Virus record (IMG/VR): IMGVR_UViG_3300022744_000028
Location: 5,750 to 69,749 of that record
Reading direction: 5' to 3' (one strand)
DNA: 64,000 bases
Source of the DNA: a virus
The notes under the pieces were generated by a model, which saw only the letters and a list, made by a program, of their open reading frames with translations, did not search any database and was not told the DNA's origin. Made by a program: the position numbers and the translations under genes. Shown piece by piece: positions 38,301 to 46,171 of the stretch (the stretch's first letter is position 1; each line of letters starts with the position of its first letter).

Positions 38301-38708
38301 TTAGGCCTTGACCAAGTAGTAATACGTGTTGGCTTGTGCTGCAGACATGCTCAGCTTGGATTGGAACATCGCGAGGATCTTTTGACGACCAGCTTCTGGA
38401 TTCTTCAACATGATTTCCAGAGCTTGTGCCTTCTTAGACACCTTCTTCGCTGCTTCCACTTTCGCTGCGGGCTTAGCCTTGACAGCCTTCTCAACTTTCG
38501 CTGGGGCAGCGGCCTTAGCTTTCGCTGGGGCTTTCACTTCTGCTTTCGCAGGGGCTTTTGCTTTAGCTGCGACCTTTGCTTTTGCTGTTTCTGCAGCTTT
38601 TGCGACGATCGCTTGAGCGACCTTCTCAGCTTTCGCTTTGACGGCTTTCGGTGCTGCAGCAGCTTTCACAGTTGCTTGGGCGATGGTGGCTTTGGTAGTT
38701 GCGTTCAT
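38301..38708 (-). CDS. Ala/Lys-rich histone-H1-like protein with a C-terminal predicted DNA-binding domain (135 aa)
   Basis: AKAKAPAKAEVKAPAKAKAAAPAK repeats plus SKKAQALEIM..LSMSAAQANTYYYLVKA; AAGGAG RBS before MNATT. Confidence 0.8.
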   Translation of the reverse strand: MNATTKATIAQATVKAAAAPKAVKAKAEKVAQAIVAKAAETAKAKVAAKAKAPAKAEVKAPAKAKAAAPAKVEKAVKAKPAAKVEAAKKVSKKAQALEIMLKNPEAGRQKILAMFQSKLSMSAAQANTYYYLVKA

Positions 38709-38797
38709 GGTTTTCTCCTTGAGGTTGAACACTATTAAAAACTTGTGAAATTCAATTGTCTGTGAGATTGCCCTATTGGGCAACAGGTTTGGTCAAA

Positions 38798-39115
38798 TTA
38801 TTGTGAGTCATATGCCAGTTGCAATTCCTCCTGTTCTATGGTAGGAAAACGAGATGTCACTTTGAAAAATGCATCTGGAAATTCGACGCCGTCAGCGACA
38901 TAGCCGTTGAGCAGCTTCAATGCCTCATCAAAACGATCAGCCTCCAATTCCTCTTCAATCGCATCTTCTACTGCAGCACAGTAGGTGTGATATTCGACGT
39001 GAAAGGCGATTGGGTCGCACTTGCGCAAGATAGTCCCTTGCCCAAACTTCCGGCCGAGAACAGTGATTGCCTTATTCTCGTTTAGCAGCTCTTCAAATTC
39101 GTCCATGTTGATCAT
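38798..39115 (-). CDS. hypothetical early protein (105 aa)
   Basis: AGGAG RBS and own promoter cassette. Confidence 0.7.
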   Translation of the reverse strand: MINMDEFEELLNENKAITVLGRKFGQGTILRKCDPIAFHVEYHTYCAAVEDAIEEELEADRFDEALKLLNGYVADGVEFPDAFFKVTSRFPTIEQEELQLAYDSQ

Positions 39116-39195
39116 CTTTCACTCCTTTGGTTGGATGTCTCAATTCTCATCTCAGTTGGGCAATCGGTCAACGAATACCCAACTAAAAGAGACTG

Positions 39196-39420
39196 TTATT
39201 CCAAGATCACGACTTCCCGTGCAGACTCATCGATTTCGTCGCCGTCATCGATCTTGTCCATTCGGTGGTATTCGCTGTACTTGACATACCCCTCAGAAAC
39301 CATGTCGACTTTGGGAGCAACGACTGTGCGCCAGTAATCTCCGCTGCCATGTGCAAAGTGCACCTCAGCGTTCTGATTCATGTCTTTCAACTGCTCAATC
39401 AATTCTGCAACTGTCATCAT
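39196..39420 (-). CDS. hypothetical early protein (MTVAELIEQL family)
   Basis: AGGAG RBS; MTVAELIEQLKDM start common in small phage proteins. Confidence 0.7.
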   Translation of the reverse strand: MMTVAELIEQLKDMNQNAEVHFAHGSGDYWRTVVAPKVDMVSEGYVKYSEYHRMDKIDDGDEIDESAREVVILE

Positions 39421-39514
39421 ATACTCCTTTGTTTGTGATGACTCAATTATCTGTGCAATTTGAGAGTTGGGCAACTTCTTTTTCGAATACCCAACTGTCT
39501 CGTAAGCTCATTAA

Positions 39515-39724
39515 TTAGCCGTTGACTTCTGTCACATTATCAGGGTGGACAACGATTGTGTCGATGAATGCATTGTGGTCTTCCGTCCACTTGCCTTGAT
39601 CCATTCGCACAATGTACGCTGGGGACATCGTTGCGAAATGCGCTTGCTCGAAGAATCCGTGGCCGACGATTGTGTGCACGCCTTCCAGATTCTCCACTTG
39701 TACACGTTCTCCGATTTTAAGCAT
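39515..39724 (-). CDS. hypothetical SH3-like protein
   Basis: AGGAG RBS before MLKIGERVQV. Confidence 0.6.
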   Translation of the reverse strand: MLKIGERVQVENLEGVHTIVGHGFFEQAHFATMSPAYIVRMDQGKWTEDHNAFIDTIVVHPDNVTEVNG

Positions 39725-39908
39725 CTTCGCTCTCCTCTTCAGTTGAAATGAAATAATCGTTGATTTCCGCAAATCGCTCGACATCGGATTCCATCATCCA
39801 TTCGAGCAGATCTCTTGCCAGTTTCTCCCAGCTAACAGCTCCCGCCTCAGCCATGTCGATTAGCTGTGTGGATGCACGTCTTGCTTGATTACGCATAGTC
39901 CCACTCAC
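39717..39908 (-). CDS. hypothetical protein (63 aa)
   Basis: CAGGA RBS; coupled ORF. Confidence 0.6.
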   Translation of the reverse strand: MSGTMRNQARRASTQLIDMAEAGAVSWEKLARDLLEWMMESDVERFAEINDYFISTEEESEDA

Positions 39909-40075
39909 TTTCCTGGTTTTCGTACAATTCGTGTTCTTCGCACAGAGCGATCAATTCTTCCAATTCTGCATCCATTTCGATACTCCTTGTTGTGATGTGC
40001 CCATTGTAACACATTTAAAATCTCAGTCAACGAATGTCCCTCTCTTTTTGAAGGACATTCAGTAACCGTTGACTT

Positions 40076-40417
40076 TTATGTAATTACAGCGTACACATCA
40101 TCGACGAATTCTTTTGTGAAATTCACTTTACGGACTTCGATGTTGACTTTTTGGATTTCAGCGTGTACGGCGTCTCGGAATTCTGTTACAAAATCTGTAA
40201 ACATATCCGCAGCGGCGTCTTTTGAATATTGCATCACTTTATCGACGTCCGCGAACGTGTTGTATTCGCCGGGGAAATCGGAAATCATTTCGATATGTCC
40301 CTCCGCAGAAGACGCGACCAATTGCCGAGCGAGAGCGGCGATTAGATGTTTGTCGTACAAAACTTTTTGCAAATTTCCCGAGTGAACGGTTGCGAGCGCT
40401 GGTGCGATTTCAATCAT
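40076..40417 (-). CDS. hypothetical early protein
   Basis: AAGGAG RBS before MIEIAP; own promoter. Confidence 0.7.
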   Translation of the reverse strand: MIEIAPALATVHSGNLQKVLYDKHLIAALARQLVASSAEGHIEMISDFPGEYNTFADVDKVMQYSKDAAADMFTDFVTEFRDAVHAEIQKVNIEVRKVNFTKEFVDDVYAVIT

Positions 40418-40533
40418 GTTAAACTCCTTTGTTGATTGATGAGTCAATTATCTGTGAGATTTCGGATTTGTGCAACATGCGCAAATAATATCAGCCTGTT
40501 TTGTAAGCTCATTATTTGCGCTGTTGACTTTTC

Positions 40534-40890
40534 TCAATAATTGCTGTATCCAAGCGCCCACATCGATGCACGGAATGGCTCTGGTGAAATATCGCCGAGC
40601 AAATAGATTCGATGCTTCAATTCTTCCGTGCAGTAATTTTCGAACACAGAATAGGCATCTGAAATGTCTTCCAGCTCGTTCACCGCAGCGACAAACTCTT
40701 TCACGCTTGTGTATTGTGGAAAGAATGGATTTTGTGCCTCTGCTTCGCTGCGGAATTCATCTTCAAGATCGTCGATCAAATCCATACAGCATTGTGCACT
40801 GGCAATCAAACCATGCTCTTGCAAGTCTGCATTGATTTGATCTAACTGCTCTAAAATCTCGTCTGCACGCTCTCTTGTGATTTTCGCCAT
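40534..40890 (-). CDS. hypothetical acidic early protein (118 aa)
   Basis: CAGGAG RBS; own promoter cassette. Confidence 0.7.
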   Translation of the reverse strand: MAKITRERADEILEQLDQINADLQEHGLIASAQCCMDLIDDLEDEFRSEAEAQNPFFPQYTSVKEFVAAVNELEDISDAYSVFENYCTEELKHRIYLLGDISPEPFRASMWALGYSNY

Positions 40891-40989
40891 AATAGCTCTC
40901 CTGTTAAGTGATCTGTGAATTATCTCACAAAATTCTGGTTGGGCAACAGTTATTTGAATACCCGACCTGAGTGTAAGCTTGCTGTTGAC

Positions 40990-41256
40990 TTATTGCTTGA
41001 AATTCGTGTAAACAATGCCGGTGATGATTACGTTTCCGAAATATGGACATTTGGAAACAAACGTGGCAGCCCAGTTATCACCATGATTGATTAGCGATTT
41101 TAGTTCCCAAAACTGAATTTCAGCGTCGATGTCCATTTGAGCGATATGTTTGTTGAATGCCATTTCGAATGAATTGACAGACATATTATCGACGCGAATT
41201 GTGAAAAAATCAGATTCACCTGTGCCAGAATCGGTGTAGCAGTATTTGACTAACAT
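40990..41256 (-). CDS. hypothetical early protein
   Basis: CAGGAG RBS before MLVKY; own promoter cassette. Confidence 0.65.
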   Translation of the reverse strand: MLVKYCYTDSGTGESDFFTIRVDNMSVNSFEMAFNKHIAQMDIDAEIQFWELKSLINHGDNWAATFVSKCPYFGNVIITGIVYTNFKQ

Positions 41257-41332
41257 ATCATTCTCCTGTTGAAAAAGCAATCATCGCACAGAATTGAGAG
41301 TTGGTCAACTAATAACCAACTCCCACGTAAGC

Positions 41333-41554
41333 TTACTCAATCCAATAACTATAGCCTTCTTCACCAGACTGAGCCATTTGTTTCCACTCCTCAAAATATT
41401 CGAACATATCCTCATCATCCTGTTCTTCAAAAATGAGAATTCCTTCGCACTTTGCAAACTCATTTCCACGTTTTAGCACAACATCTACAGTAGAGCCACT
41501 TGTATATGCGTCTTGATAAAATCCACCATCTTCCACAGAAACAACTTCAATCAT
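41333..41554 (-). CDS. hypothetical acidic protein (73 aa)
   Basis: AAGGAG RBS. Confidence 0.65.
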   Translation of the reverse strand: MIEVVSVEDGGFYQDAYTSGSTVDVVLKRGNEFAKCEGILIFEEQDDEDMFEYFEEWKQMAQSGEEGYSYWIE

Positions 41555-42003
41555 GTCTTACTCCTTGATACTTTTGTTTTCAATTACCACATACTCTTCG
41601 AACTTATAGGAAATGAAATGATCATTTTCTGTAATCTCCTCACACCCCTCAATCTGCTCAATATACTCATCATATGACAGTTCAGCACATTCCCCATTAT
41701 ACAACTCAATCGACAAGTACTTTGACATTTACATTCTCCTGTTGAAAGATTTCATTATCCCACAAAGTCACAAACAGACAACAGTACCAGACTGGATTGT
41801 AAGCATATTCCAAAATCAGTTGCCAAATCCAAAATTCGATGTATAATAGGGGCATGCGTTCGAACAGGCAGACTGGGGATGGACGGCAAGAGCGGACAAC
41901 AGCAATTTACAGCAAACTTCAGGATCTTCCCACTACCCATTCTACACCATTCCAAACAGAAGTCAACAGTACCCAACTGAAATGTAAGCTTATTTGTGAG
42001 CTG

Positions 42004-42032
42004 TTGACTTGTGAGCTTTGTTCTGGTATAAT
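42004..42032 (+). promoter_or_regulatory. consensus sigma70 promoter firing into the iteron-like region
   Basis: TTGACT - 17 nt - TATAAT with an extended TGn. A second + strand promoter, TTGCCA - 16 nt - TATAAT, lies at 41820-41847. Confidence 0.8.
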
Positions 42033-42059
42033 CGCGATGTCGAAAACTTTACATGAGGA

Positions 42060-42840
42060 AAACACGCATGGCTATTATGTGCTAACTTTCACTCTGGAAA
42101 CAAAAGTGCTACCTGGTTGGCAGGATAGTGCTATGGGCAATTGTAGCTACCCAAGTAGCTATTTTGGCTGATAGCACAGAATCGCTAGCAGGTTGGGCAG
42201 AAAGTGCTATGCGCCAAAATCGCCACCGAGTAGCACATTTTAGCCATAGACCGAGTAGCACTTTCGTGGCACTTTGATCCAAAAAGTAGCACTTTCTAGC
42301 CAGTAGCACTTTAGTGCCATTGACACTTTTTAGCCATGGGCTATTCTGAGCTAGTGGCTATTTTGGCTGTAATCCTGGGCACTTTTGGGCTATGGCTATT
42401 TTGTGCTAGTGCGTAGAATGTGCTGCCCAATTACTGGAAACAAAAGTGTTAAGTGTGCAGTTGGGCAGTAGCACAAATTGCCCAGTTGACTTAGTGCGAT
42501 GTTCTGCTGTACGAAATACTGTGACTGCTTAGTGTTGTGCTGCACAAATGGAGTGGGTGCTTAAGGCCACCTCTGCCTATACCTGCACACGGTTATATAC
42601 GGCTGCTTGTGCTACTTTCCTACCTGTTGCCTTATATTGCTGTATAGTGTGCATATAAGTTTAAGACGGGGGTGTATAATGTGCATCTATATCTTCATTA
42701 CCATTTTCCCCGCGTAATATTGTGCATACTAGTTTAAGACGGGGTATATTATTCTGCATAATGGTATACGCTTCTCTCCCACAGAATATACGTAAATTCT
42801 ATATACAAGGATTAACATACTTGTACTAGGATTAATTAAA
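42060..42840. repeat. iteron-like repeat cluster followed by an AT-rich tract; candidate replication origin
   Basis: More than a dozen TAGCAC(TTT)/(AAA)GTGCTA-like motifs in both orientations, TGGCTA/TAGCCA motifs, CTGGAAACAAAAGTG twice, AGTTTAAGACGGG twice; no credible ORF. Confidence 0.6.
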
Positions 42841-43364
42841 TGATAAACGTATACTTACGGGATAGAACGCTTATAGCGCATGATAAAGGCGATAAACTTT
42901 TTACAACCGACCATGGACGCGGGTGGGAAAAGGTGTCTACTATCAAAGATTCCGCTAATTATGACACTGTAATTGAGCGGCTAGTCAAGCAATATAATGC
43001 TACTGAAGTAGTGAAGGAATGTACTACTAGAGCAAAGATTGGGTGGAAGTATATGACTGAATCTCAGCGTGCTAGGACTATTAAAGCTCTTAAAGCTGTC
43101 CATACTGGCAAGGATGTCTCTGAGCAATCTAAGGCTAAGATGGCTGCTGCTAAGCGTGGGAGGGAGTCTAATGCTAAGGGAAGTAAGAAGTCTGCTATGA
43201 GTAAGACTTTAGTTAGTATTGCTAGAATGGGCAATTCTACTGTTACTGGCCTTACATGGTGTCATTGTCCTAAGACTGGAAAAGAAGGACGAAAGCGCGA
43301 ATTGCCAGTCGGATGGGCTTGGGGGAGAAGTCCAGAAGTTAAGGACTATTTGAGAAGATACTAG
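42840..43364 (+). CDS. NUMOD3-containing protein without an evident nuclease domain (174 aa)
   Basis: HTGKDVSEQSKAKMAAAKRG motif and a C-terminal LPVGWAWGR motif; the only credible + strand gene in 31.3-64 kb. Confidence 0.7.
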   Translation: MINVYLRDRTLIAHDKGDKLFTTDHGRGWEKVSTIKDSANYDTVIERLVKQYNATEVVKECTTRAKIGWKYMTESQRARTIKALKAVHTGKDVSEQSKAKMAAAKRGRESNAKGSKKSAMSKTLVSIARMGNSTVTGLTWCHCPKTGKEGRKRELPVGWAWGRSPEVKDYLRRY

Positions 43365-43573
43365 AGTCCAAAGTGCTTATTTGCTACAGCAACACCTTCG
43401 TCTACATCAGCATAATGAAGGACGATATTGCCATATTCACGAGCTAGTGCTTGAGCGAATTTCTCAGCAAATACATTCGGAATATACATCCTATGAATGT
43501 CTCCGTCTGGGTCATTGGCACTATCTGATTCAATGATTGCATTGACCATTAACGATCTGATTCGCTCATTCAT
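43361..43573 (-). CDS. MNERI...FAELI...HFGV paralogue family member
   Basis: MNERIRSL..EKFAQAL..KHFGL. Confidence 0.75.
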   Translation of the reverse strand: MNERIRSLMVNAIIESDSANDPDGDIHRMYIPNVFAEKFAQALAREYGNIVLHYADVDEGVAVANKHFGL

Positions 43574-43751
43574 ACGTTACCCAATCCTACTCTGGAATAC
43601 CCCGTCTTAGCGTGAATCTCTTTTCTATCAGGTCTTTCAGCGAATCTTCTCACACCGGCCATATATCCTGCAATATACGCTTCCCAGTGAAGAGTTTCCT
43701 TATCTGGTTCTCTCTCGAAATCCTTACGAATTCGCTCCATCATTTCAGGTG

Positions 43752-43970
43752 TCATTCTTTAACTCCGAAGTGTTTCTTAATCTCATCGCGATAGTCTAGC
43801 CAGCCCATATAGTAGTCTGGACTTACATAATCAAGAGTTAGTTCAGCACATTGCTTGATGATTAATTCCGCGAACTTTTCCAAATACCAAGAAGGAACGT
43901 CCACATAATGCTTGGTGTTTCCGATAATAGTAGCCCGTTCGGCAAGTTCTCGAATTCGTTCATTCATCAT
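43752..43970 (-). CDS. MNERI family member
   Basis: MNERIRELAERA..EKFAELIIKQC..KHFGVKE. Confidence 0.8.
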   Translation of the reverse strand: MMNERIRELAERATIIGNTKHYVDVPSWYLEKFAELIIKQCAELTLDYVSPDYYMGWLDYRDEIKKHFGVKE

Positions 43971-44136
43971 TTTCTCCCGTTACTCGGAGTCCAATTACGC
44001 ATACGAATATAGTATTCATCCATCTTTCTCTTCTCCTCTTCAGGTGTCAAGTCCCTTAACCCACGCCCGCGTACACGAGTAAAACTGGATGAATTACCAT
44101 TTCGCCTGAAATCACTATATGCTGCACGAAAACTCA

Positions 44137-44415
44137 TCACTCAACTCCGAAATGTTGTTTGATCATGTTATTAGCATCAATAACCGCATCGTGGTAACCG
44201 AATTCATAGTCGTTCCACTCGCTATCGTCTTCACACAATGATTCCTTTTGTGCTTCTACGATACTGGCGCATTCCATAACAATCAACTCGGCGAACTTGT
44301 CTAATTGTTCTTGCGTAATAGCATATCGACCATCTAAAAATGAATCATTGGGATTATGAATTTTTGTATAGCCTCCAGCCTGCCACAAAAGTTCGTCAAT
44401 TCGCTCGTTCATCAT
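44137..44415 (-). CDS. MNERI family member
   Basis: MNERIDELLWQAG..DKFAELIVMEC..QHFGVE. Confidence 0.8.
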   Translation of the reverse strand: MMNERIDELLWQAGGYTKIHNPNDSFLDGRYAITQEQLDKFAELIVMECASIVEAQKESLCEDDSEWNDYEFGYHDAVIDANNMIKQHFGVE

Positions 44416-44588
44416 TTTCTTTGTTCCTGCAATCTTAGATACCACCCGATTAGGTAACAAATGCCAAGAGCCGGCAGCAACATCGGCCAGTCATACCACT
44501 TCTCCTTGCGGAACTTCTCGCCCATAAGGTGTAGAAACCACCAAACACTTATTGCAGTGTAGAGTAAGATACCGAATATCCAGATCAT
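44412..44588 (-). CDS. small membrane protein (58 aa)
   Basis: Not in the ORF track: MIWIFGILLYTAISVWWFLHLMGEKFRKEKWYDWPMLLPALGICYLIGWYLRLQEQRK*; ATGA overlaps on both sides. Confidence 0.6.
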   Translation of the reverse strand: MIWIFGILLYTAISVWWFLHLMGEKFRKEKWYDWPMLLPALGICYLIGWYLRLQEQRK

Positions 44589-44824
44589 TTTGTGTCCCTG
44601 AAATGCTTCTCAACCTGCTTGCAGGCAACATACAACACGTCTTCCGGATCTGGTCCTTCCAATTCAGCCATATCTGCATTAGCCACGATATCCAAGCATT
44701 CGCCGATAATCAATTCTGCAAACTTTTCAAGCGATTGCAGCCTCTCATGCTGTTCACCAGGTGGTTGCCATTTGTGAATAAAGCCGTTTTGCTCGGCAAT
44801 TTCAACAATTCGTTTGTTCATCAC
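44585..44824 (-). CDS. MNERI family member
   Basis: MNKRIVEIAEQNG..EKFAELIIGEC..KHF. Confidence 0.8.
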   Translation of the reverse strand: MMNKRIVEIAEQNGFIHKWQPPGEQHERLQSLEKFAELIIGECLDIVANADMAELEGPDPEDVLYVACKQVEKHFRDTK

Positions 44825-45026
44825 TTGACTCCCAGCACACTACGGATTTCCTCAGCCTTCCACTCAGACCCTTGCTTGAACACATTGCTGAACCAGTAAC
44901 AAAGCCGCTCAGGCGTCATTCGGTCCAACTCATCCTTGAAAATCAACACCTGAGTGCGCGACAGATCGCCATACCAACTGATACACAGATCACCATGTTG
45001 ACTGATCGTATAACAATGCTTGCTAC

Positions 45027-45368
45027 TCATACATTCATCCCCGCTGCTCTCACAATAGCCATACGCGTTGCTGATTGTGGATCACCCATATGCGTCAGAT
45101 CATTGTAATACTCAATACAGTATGCAATCACCGAATTTGGCTTAACATAGCTCGCATATACCGCTTCACCCTCATCATCGGCGTGATACACTTCCATTTT
45201 CAGTGCAACAGCAAGCTGGAACGCATCCGCATCGCTTGTTATTGGATTCCACCAACATAACCGCTTACAATCCCACAGACGTCCATCATCAGCCTTTGAG
45301 TGTTCGCCACCTGGATGCTCAAGTCCAATTGCTTTTGCAGCCTTCAATATTAGCTCTTTGTACATCAC
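45027..45368 (-). CDS. hypothetical protein (113 aa)
   Basis: WNPITSDADAFQLAVAL and ATRMAIVRAA motifs seen in small phage proteins. Confidence 0.7.
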   Translation of the reverse strand: MMYKELILKAAKAIGLEHPGGEHSKADDGRLWDCKRLCWWNPITSDADAFQLAVALKMEVYHADDEGEAVYASYVKPNSVIAYCIEYYNDLTHMGDPQSATRMAIVRAAGMNV

Positions 45369-45595
45369 TTAATTCCGAAATGGTTTAAAATCGTGAAATT
45401 GTAACTTTCCCCATCAATATGACAAGGATTGTTCTCTTCACTATCAATTCGAGCACATTCCCGAACGATTAGTTCGGCGAACTTTGCCTTAAAGATTGTA
45501 GCTTTGTTGGGGTTATCTGGATTAGCCCAGTCCCACGTTGCGTCGACATACTCCCAAGCTCGTTTTTCGAGTTCGTCGATTAGCTGTTCGTTCAT
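45365..45595 (-). CDS. MNERI family member
   Basis: MNEQLIDEL..KFAELIVREC..NHFGIK; promoter TTGCTC..TATAAT upstream at about 45623-45651. Confidence 0.8.
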   Translation of the reverse strand: MNEQLIDELEKRAWEYVDATWDWANPDNPNKATIFKAKFAELIVRECARIDSEENNPCHIDGESYNFTILNHFGIK

Positions 45596-45659
45596 CTCTG
45601 CTCTCCATTTGGTCATGCATTGATTATACAATAGACCAAACAGATGAGCAATGTGGCTA

Positions 45660-45821
45660 TTATGGGGCGGTCCACTTCCCTAGCGGACATTTCGCGTTGC
45701 TCAGTGCCGCCTTTGCATGAACAATGCATCCACATGCCTTGCACATCTGGATTATCTTAATTAACTGATCGCAGCTCTTACACTGATCAATTCGTTGTTG
45801 GTACTGTGTTCGATTGTCCAC
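45660..45821 (-). CDS. Cys-rich small protein (53 aa, CxxC..CxxCGC..CPLGKW)
   Basis: Not in the ORF track: GTG start, MDNRTQYQQRIDQCKSCDQLIKIIQMCKACGCIVHAKAALSNAKCPLGKWTAP*. Confidence 0.7.
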   Translation of the reverse strand: MDNRTQYQQRIDQCKSCDQLIKIIQMCKACGCIVHAKAALSNAKCPLGKWTAP

Positions 45822-46170
45822 TCAACACCTCATTAACAATTGCAATAATTGCTTGCTTTTGCATTTCTGCTTGCGCTAGCAGCTGCTCTTCTGACGTAGC
45901 AATTGTGAAATCTATCGACTGATCCGTTTGCTGGACAACTACAGGCGTAATTGTTCCAGTTGTGCCGACCTGAACATCTGCCACTTCCATCATCGACTCT
46001 CTCCACTGAGGAATCGGCGCATACTGATTAATTACATTTTCCAATGGCTCACCAACATATGGCATCCTTGTACCAATTGTATATTCCTGATATCCATCTG
46101 CAGTATACTTGACCAACATCGCATTTGCTGCCTTGTTGACGTCCAAAATTTGATAATTGAATTCTATCAT
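45787..46170 (-). CDS. hypothetical protein, possibly a fibre-assembly partner (127 aa)
   Basis: Directly follows the glycine-rich gene in the same cassette. Confidence 0.7.
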   Translation of the reverse strand: MIEFNYQILDVNKAANAMLVKYTADGYQEYTIGTRMPYVGEPLENVINQYAPIPQWRESMMEVADVQVGTTGTITPVVVQQTDQSIDFTIATSEEQLLAQAEMQKQAIIAIVNEVLSGQSNTVPTTN

Positions 46171-46171
46171 T

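Larger units (their letters stand above)
33672..41966 (-). promoter_or_regulatory. array of about 15 sigma70-like early promoters (TTG(A/C)C(C/T) - 16/17 nt - (G/T)ATAAT)
   Basis: -10 to -35 spans at 33672-33699, 36361-36389, 36689-36717, 37470-37498, 37995-38023, 38229-38256, 38755-38783, 39143-39171, 39446-39474, 40003-40030, 40447-40475, 40919-40946, 41280-41308, 41754-41781 and 41939-41966. Confidence 0.85.

Noticed and set aside
36756-41010. Antisense + strand promoters at each GTTGACT box of the cassettes
   Set aside because: Only the copy at 42004 has a good -10 at the right spacing. The others have weak or no -10, so they are treated as repeat arms or binding sites.
41755-42309. Track ORFs 41755-41976, 41839-42171 and 42109-42309
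   Set aside because: They overlap promoters and repeats, lack RBSs and have atypical composition.
42060-42620. CRISPR-like array
   Set aside because: The repeats are short (6-15 nt), in mixed orientation and irregularly spaced, with no constant repeat-spacer period and no cas genes in the window.
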